From a phage, in NCBI GenBank assembly GCA_014816185.1, contig GCA_014816185.1_4095.1: 64,000 nucleotides of DNA; one strand, written 5' to 3'. The notes under the pieces were generated by a model. The model did no database searches. It was not told where the DNA came from and was given only the letters and a program-made list of their open reading frames with translations. Positions 60,944 through 64,000 of this stretch are shown here, piece by piece. The position numbers and the translations under genes are program-made. How positions within the stretch are numbered: position 1 is the first letter of the stretch; each line of letters opens with the position of its first letter.

Positions 60944-62356
60944 ATGGCTAAAAGTAAAAAAACAGAAAATCATAATATCGATAACCAAACACTAACTCTA
61001 CTAGATTATAACAGTTCTGATTATGTGAATACAACATCACTAGAATATTCGATGTATACACTAGACCGTGCTATTCCTGGAATTGATGGTCTAAAGAGTT
61101 CACAACGTAAAGCAATCTTCACATTATCTAAAATTAGTGGGGAAATTAAAACAGTATCATGTGCTGGAAAAATGATTAGTGATGGTATCTATCTTCATGG
61201 GGACACGTCAGCATCGGGAACACTTCAAAATCTAGCATCTCCAGTAGCTAACAACTATCCTCTTATTGGAAAACGTGGTGGTTTTGGTACACAAGTAAAC
61301 AGTACACCAGCATCTGCTCGTTACACTTATGTTAAAAAGAATAAGAGTACTGAGATGCTTGTTTTGCGTGATGCTGATATTATACCAATGAAAGAGAACT
61401 ATGACGGGACAACATATGAACCTGTTCATTTCTTGCCTATTATTCCATTATCATTGTTTGGTAATGATAGTATGTCAGTTGGTTATAAGAGTACAATTCT
61501 ACCACATAAAATTGAAGATATTATTGATAATTGCATTCGTGCTATTGATAAAAAACCACTAAAAGAAATGACCCCATATTATGTTTCATGTGGTGCAAGT
61601 GATGTTGTGACTAAGCTTGATGAAAATAAGTATGAATTCTATGGTAAAGCTGAGGTTATTGATGCAAGCACGGTTAAAGTAACAGGCTTACCACCTAATT
61701 ACAGTATTGAGAAATTCATCGAAAAACTAATCAAAATGAGTGATGATGGTGAGATTCGTGATTATGACAATGATAGTACTGATGTAATTGATATTACCAT
61801 TAAACTTCCACGTGGAACGTCAGCTAAATGGACAGAGATGGATGTTATTGAGTATTTTGGCATTAACAAAAAAATGACTCAACATTTAACTGTTCTAGGT
61901 GAAAATGGCAAAGTGAAAGTTTACGATACTACGATGGATTTGATTAAAGACTTCGTTGATTTCCGTTTCAAATATTACATCAAGCGTTATGAAAAGAAAC
62001 TTGATGATTGTGCTGCTGAAGTTCGTTATAAAATTCTAATTAAAGAATGTTTCGATAATGATATGATTGCTAAGGTAAAAGGATTTGCAAACCGTGCTGA
62101 AATGGTTGAATTCGTTAAATCGTTAAATACCGAAATTGAAGCGACGGAAGAGAATATTCAAAGCATTGTAAACTTCCCTTCATATCGCTGGACGCAAGAT
62201 AATTATCAATCAGTACTACAAGATATTCAAGATAATCTTGATTTGATGGATAAGTACAATGAACTGTTATCTAATCATGACTTAATTTGGGACATTTATA
62301 AATCTGAACTAAAAGAACTAAGAAAGATTGACTTTACTCCTAAATCAGACAATTGA
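60944..62356 (+). CDS. gp52: DNA topoisomerase II medium subunit (GyrA-like, T4 gp52-like)
   Basis: 470 aa; N-terminal YTLDRAIPGIDGLKSSQRKAIF resembles the GyrA active-site region. Confidence 0.85.
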   Translation: MAKSKKTENHNIDNQTLTLLDYNSSDYVNTTSLEYSMYTLDRAIPGIDGLKSSQRKAIFTLSKISGEIKTVSCAGKMISDGIYLHGDTSASGTLQNLASPVANNYPLIGKRGGFGTQVNSTPASARYTYVKKNKSTEMLVLRDADIIPMKENYDGTTYEPVHFLPIIPLSLFGNDSMSVGYKSTILPHKIEDIIDNCIRAIDKKPLKEMTPYYVSCGASDVVTKLDENKYEFYGKAEVIDASTVKVTGLPPNYSIEKFIEKLIKMSDDGEIRDYDNDSTDVIDITIKLPRGTSAKWTEMDVIEYFGINKKMTQHLTVLGENGKVKVYDTTMDLIKDFVDFRFKYYIKRYEKKLDDCAAEVRYKILIKECFDNDMIAKVKGFANRAEMVEFVKSLNTEIEATEENIQSIVNFPSYRWTQDNYQSVLQDIQDNLDLMDKYNELLSNHDLIWDIYKSELKELRKIDFTPKSDN

Positions 62357-62366
62357 TATATTTAAT

Positions 62367-62396
62367 GGAAGACCTTATGGGTCTTCCTTGTCCTTT
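62367..62396 (+). terminator. terminator-like hairpin
   Basis: GGAAGACC-ttatg-GGTCTTCC followed by a T-rich stretch. Confidence 0.5.
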
Positions 62397-62397
62397 A

Positions 62398-62405
62398 TAT
62401 AAATA
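62398..62405 (+). promoter_or_regulatory. T4-type late promoter TATAAATA
   Basis: Exact TATAAATA 38 nt upstream of ATG 62444. Confidence 0.45.
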
Positions 62406-62443
62406 ATCTATAGATAATGGCAGCTTGGCTATGGAGAATTATA

Positions 62444-64000
62444 ATGACAACTTTTACCCCACGATGGGATATAAAAGCCGATGCTCGATATATACAAGAA
62501 GGACAAGACATTCTTGTGCGTTTGAGTATCAATAAAGAAAGCACAACGGATGATAGCTATGTATTAAATGAAGATGAATACTTAGAAATGATTCTTAACA
62601 TACAATGCTTGGATAGTTCAGGTGCTGTATTTGATCCAGAACCACATTATACTTTTTATGTTGGTAATGACGAAAATACTTTTGTTCCTATTTCAGATGG
62701 TACAACTGGTAATAAATTAGTAAATGGTAAGCATAAGTGTAAAATCAGCAAAAATGAATTTAACTTATCTGCAAGTACTAATAGTGAAGATGTTTATTTT
62801 ATAAAAATTCATTGTAAAAATGATGGAACCTATAATAATACAGAAATTATAAATTTTTATTTACAAGCAGTAAATGTTATGTATTTTGGAAATATTTCAC
62901 CAAGTGGTGTTCTAGGATTAACTGATACATCAATAACATATGATAGTCAAGAAGTTTGGGTTACACCCGGAGTTGAGATTGGTGATGACAAAAAGCTTTA
63001 TTGTATTGGTGATGTTGAGTATGGCTCCAACAGTACATTGTTCGTTCAAGGATTTGGAAGAAGACGACCTTTCATTTTGGGTACTGACATGACTACTGAT
63101 ATTACACCTCGTGTCTTTTTTCCAGCATATCGTTTGATTGACATGGATATTTCTGAAGTTCCAGATAAACATATTACGAATGATTTCGCAGTATTCAAGC
63201 CAGCACAATCAACATGGCCTATTTCTGGTATAAACAAAGAAGTAAAAGTTAATATTCAAAATAGAAATGGTAATTTAATTGACACTGGAATGGTGTTCAA
63301 CCCAAATGGGCAATTATTGCAAACATTTTTATATGACTCAGATGCTTGTGATGCATATTTTAAAGTTGAGATTGTTGATATATTAAGTACATACACCGAA
63401 GAAAGTGAAAGGTTTGCTATCAATCAACGATATAAAGCATATCAAATGTGGGTTTGTCCTGAAGACATAGATACTATATATTCTATTTCAGAAAAACCAC
63501 TACCCAATCATTTATATCAATTAAAAGATAATGTTGTGTATCCATACGTAATTAGTGGTGAATACGATAATGGAACAATTAAGCCCGTTTATGATAGTAG
63601 TGATTGGATTGATTTAGGATATTATGACTCTACTCTTGGTGATAATATCATTGGTATGCAAAAAATGTTCAGGGTTTTGATAAACGCAGAAGAAGGTAAT
63701 AATATAAACTTTATTACTGATAGTGATTTAGGAACCATACATGTTGGTGAATATTTTGGAGACAGTATATATCCTAAAATTGAAACTGATAGCTCTAATC
63801 AAGTTTCGTATGTTTTAGATGGTGGTGATGACATTAGAAAGTATGGGATAGATTTGACACCAGATGGATATCTTGTAGGAACTGCATATGCCAAAAGTAT
63901 TGATTTTAGTGAAAATGATGATATTAAATTATCGTTTTATGTTAAAGCATTTAGTACTGAAGGTGGTGAAGCAAGAAAAATATTTAACCTTAAGATTGTA
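62444..64000 (+). CDS. putative virion structural protein, 3'-truncated at window edge
   Basis: ATG 62444 after GGAGA; open frame for 519 codons to the window end (absent from the ORF track, consistent with no stop); Asn/Asp/Gly/Tyr-rich. Confidence 0.6.
   Translation, partial: MTTFTPRWDIKADARYIQEGQDILVRLSINKESTTDDSYVLNEDEYLEMILNIQCLDSSGAVFDPEPHYTFYVGNDENTFVPISDGTTGNKLVNGKHKCKISKNEFNLSASTNSEDVYFIKIHCKNDGTYNNTEIINFYLQAVNVMYFGNISPSGVLGLTDTSITYDSQEVWVTPGVEIGDDKKLYCIGDVEYGSNSTLFVQGFGRRRPFILGTDMTTDITPRVFFPAYRLIDMDISEVPDKHITNDFAVFKPAQSTWPISGINKEVKVNIQNRNGNLIDTGMVFNPNGQLLQTFLYDSDACDAYFKVEIVDILSTYTEESERFAINQRYKAYQMWVCPEDIDTIYSISEKPLPNHLYQLKDNVVYPYVISGEYDNGTIKPVYDSSDWIDLGYYDSTLGDNIIGMQKMFRVLINAEEGNNINFITDSDLGTIHVGEYFGDSIYPKIETDSSNQVSYVLDGGDDIRKYGIDLTPDGYLVGTAYAKSIDFSENDDIKLSFYVKAFSTEGGEARKIFNLKIV

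Noticed and set aside
62930-63237. Minus-strand ORFs 62930-63208 and 63046-63237
   Set aside because: Antisense to the long open + strand frame 62444-64000, which has a proper RBS and late promoter.

Overview
This window reads as a contiguous segment of an AT-rich, T4-like (Straboviridae-type) lytic myovirus genome, densely packed with genes mostly on the + strand. All calls are from manual reading of the sequence and ORF translations against remembered T4 and E. coli proteins; no database search or folding was run. Recognisable content: a head morphogenesis block (portal gp20, prohead protease gp21, scaffold gp22, 391-aa major capsid protein gp23), a tail-fibre plus Tfa chaperone pair, large terminase, and a replication/recombination set (DNA polymerase gp43, gp32, UvsX, a possible UvsY, UvsW, DexA-like exonuclease, primase gp61, helicase gp41, Dda, two RNase H enzymes of different families, NrdA/NrdB, DHFR, fused topoisomerase II subunits). 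Gene order differs from T4. The most interesting signals are: (1) a terminator-bounded block at 54.5-58.8 kb encoding a bona fide IF-3 homologue under a perfect sigma70-consensus promoter, a ClpS-like adaptor, a KTSC-domain protein and a HExxH protein; (2) a 212-aa ORF with four colinear DnaE (Pol III alpha)-like motifs in a compressed arrangement; (3) tandem T4-holin-like membrane proteins on the minus strand, one split by a frameshift; (4) a ~24-aa tandem-repeat protein between nrdA and nrdB; (5) a true GroES homologue under a late promoter. A recurring early-promoter family, T4-type late promoters (TATAAATA) and many intrinsic terminators are also annotated. No CRISPR array, integrase, transposase or tRNA was recognised. 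About half the ORFs remain hypothetical.
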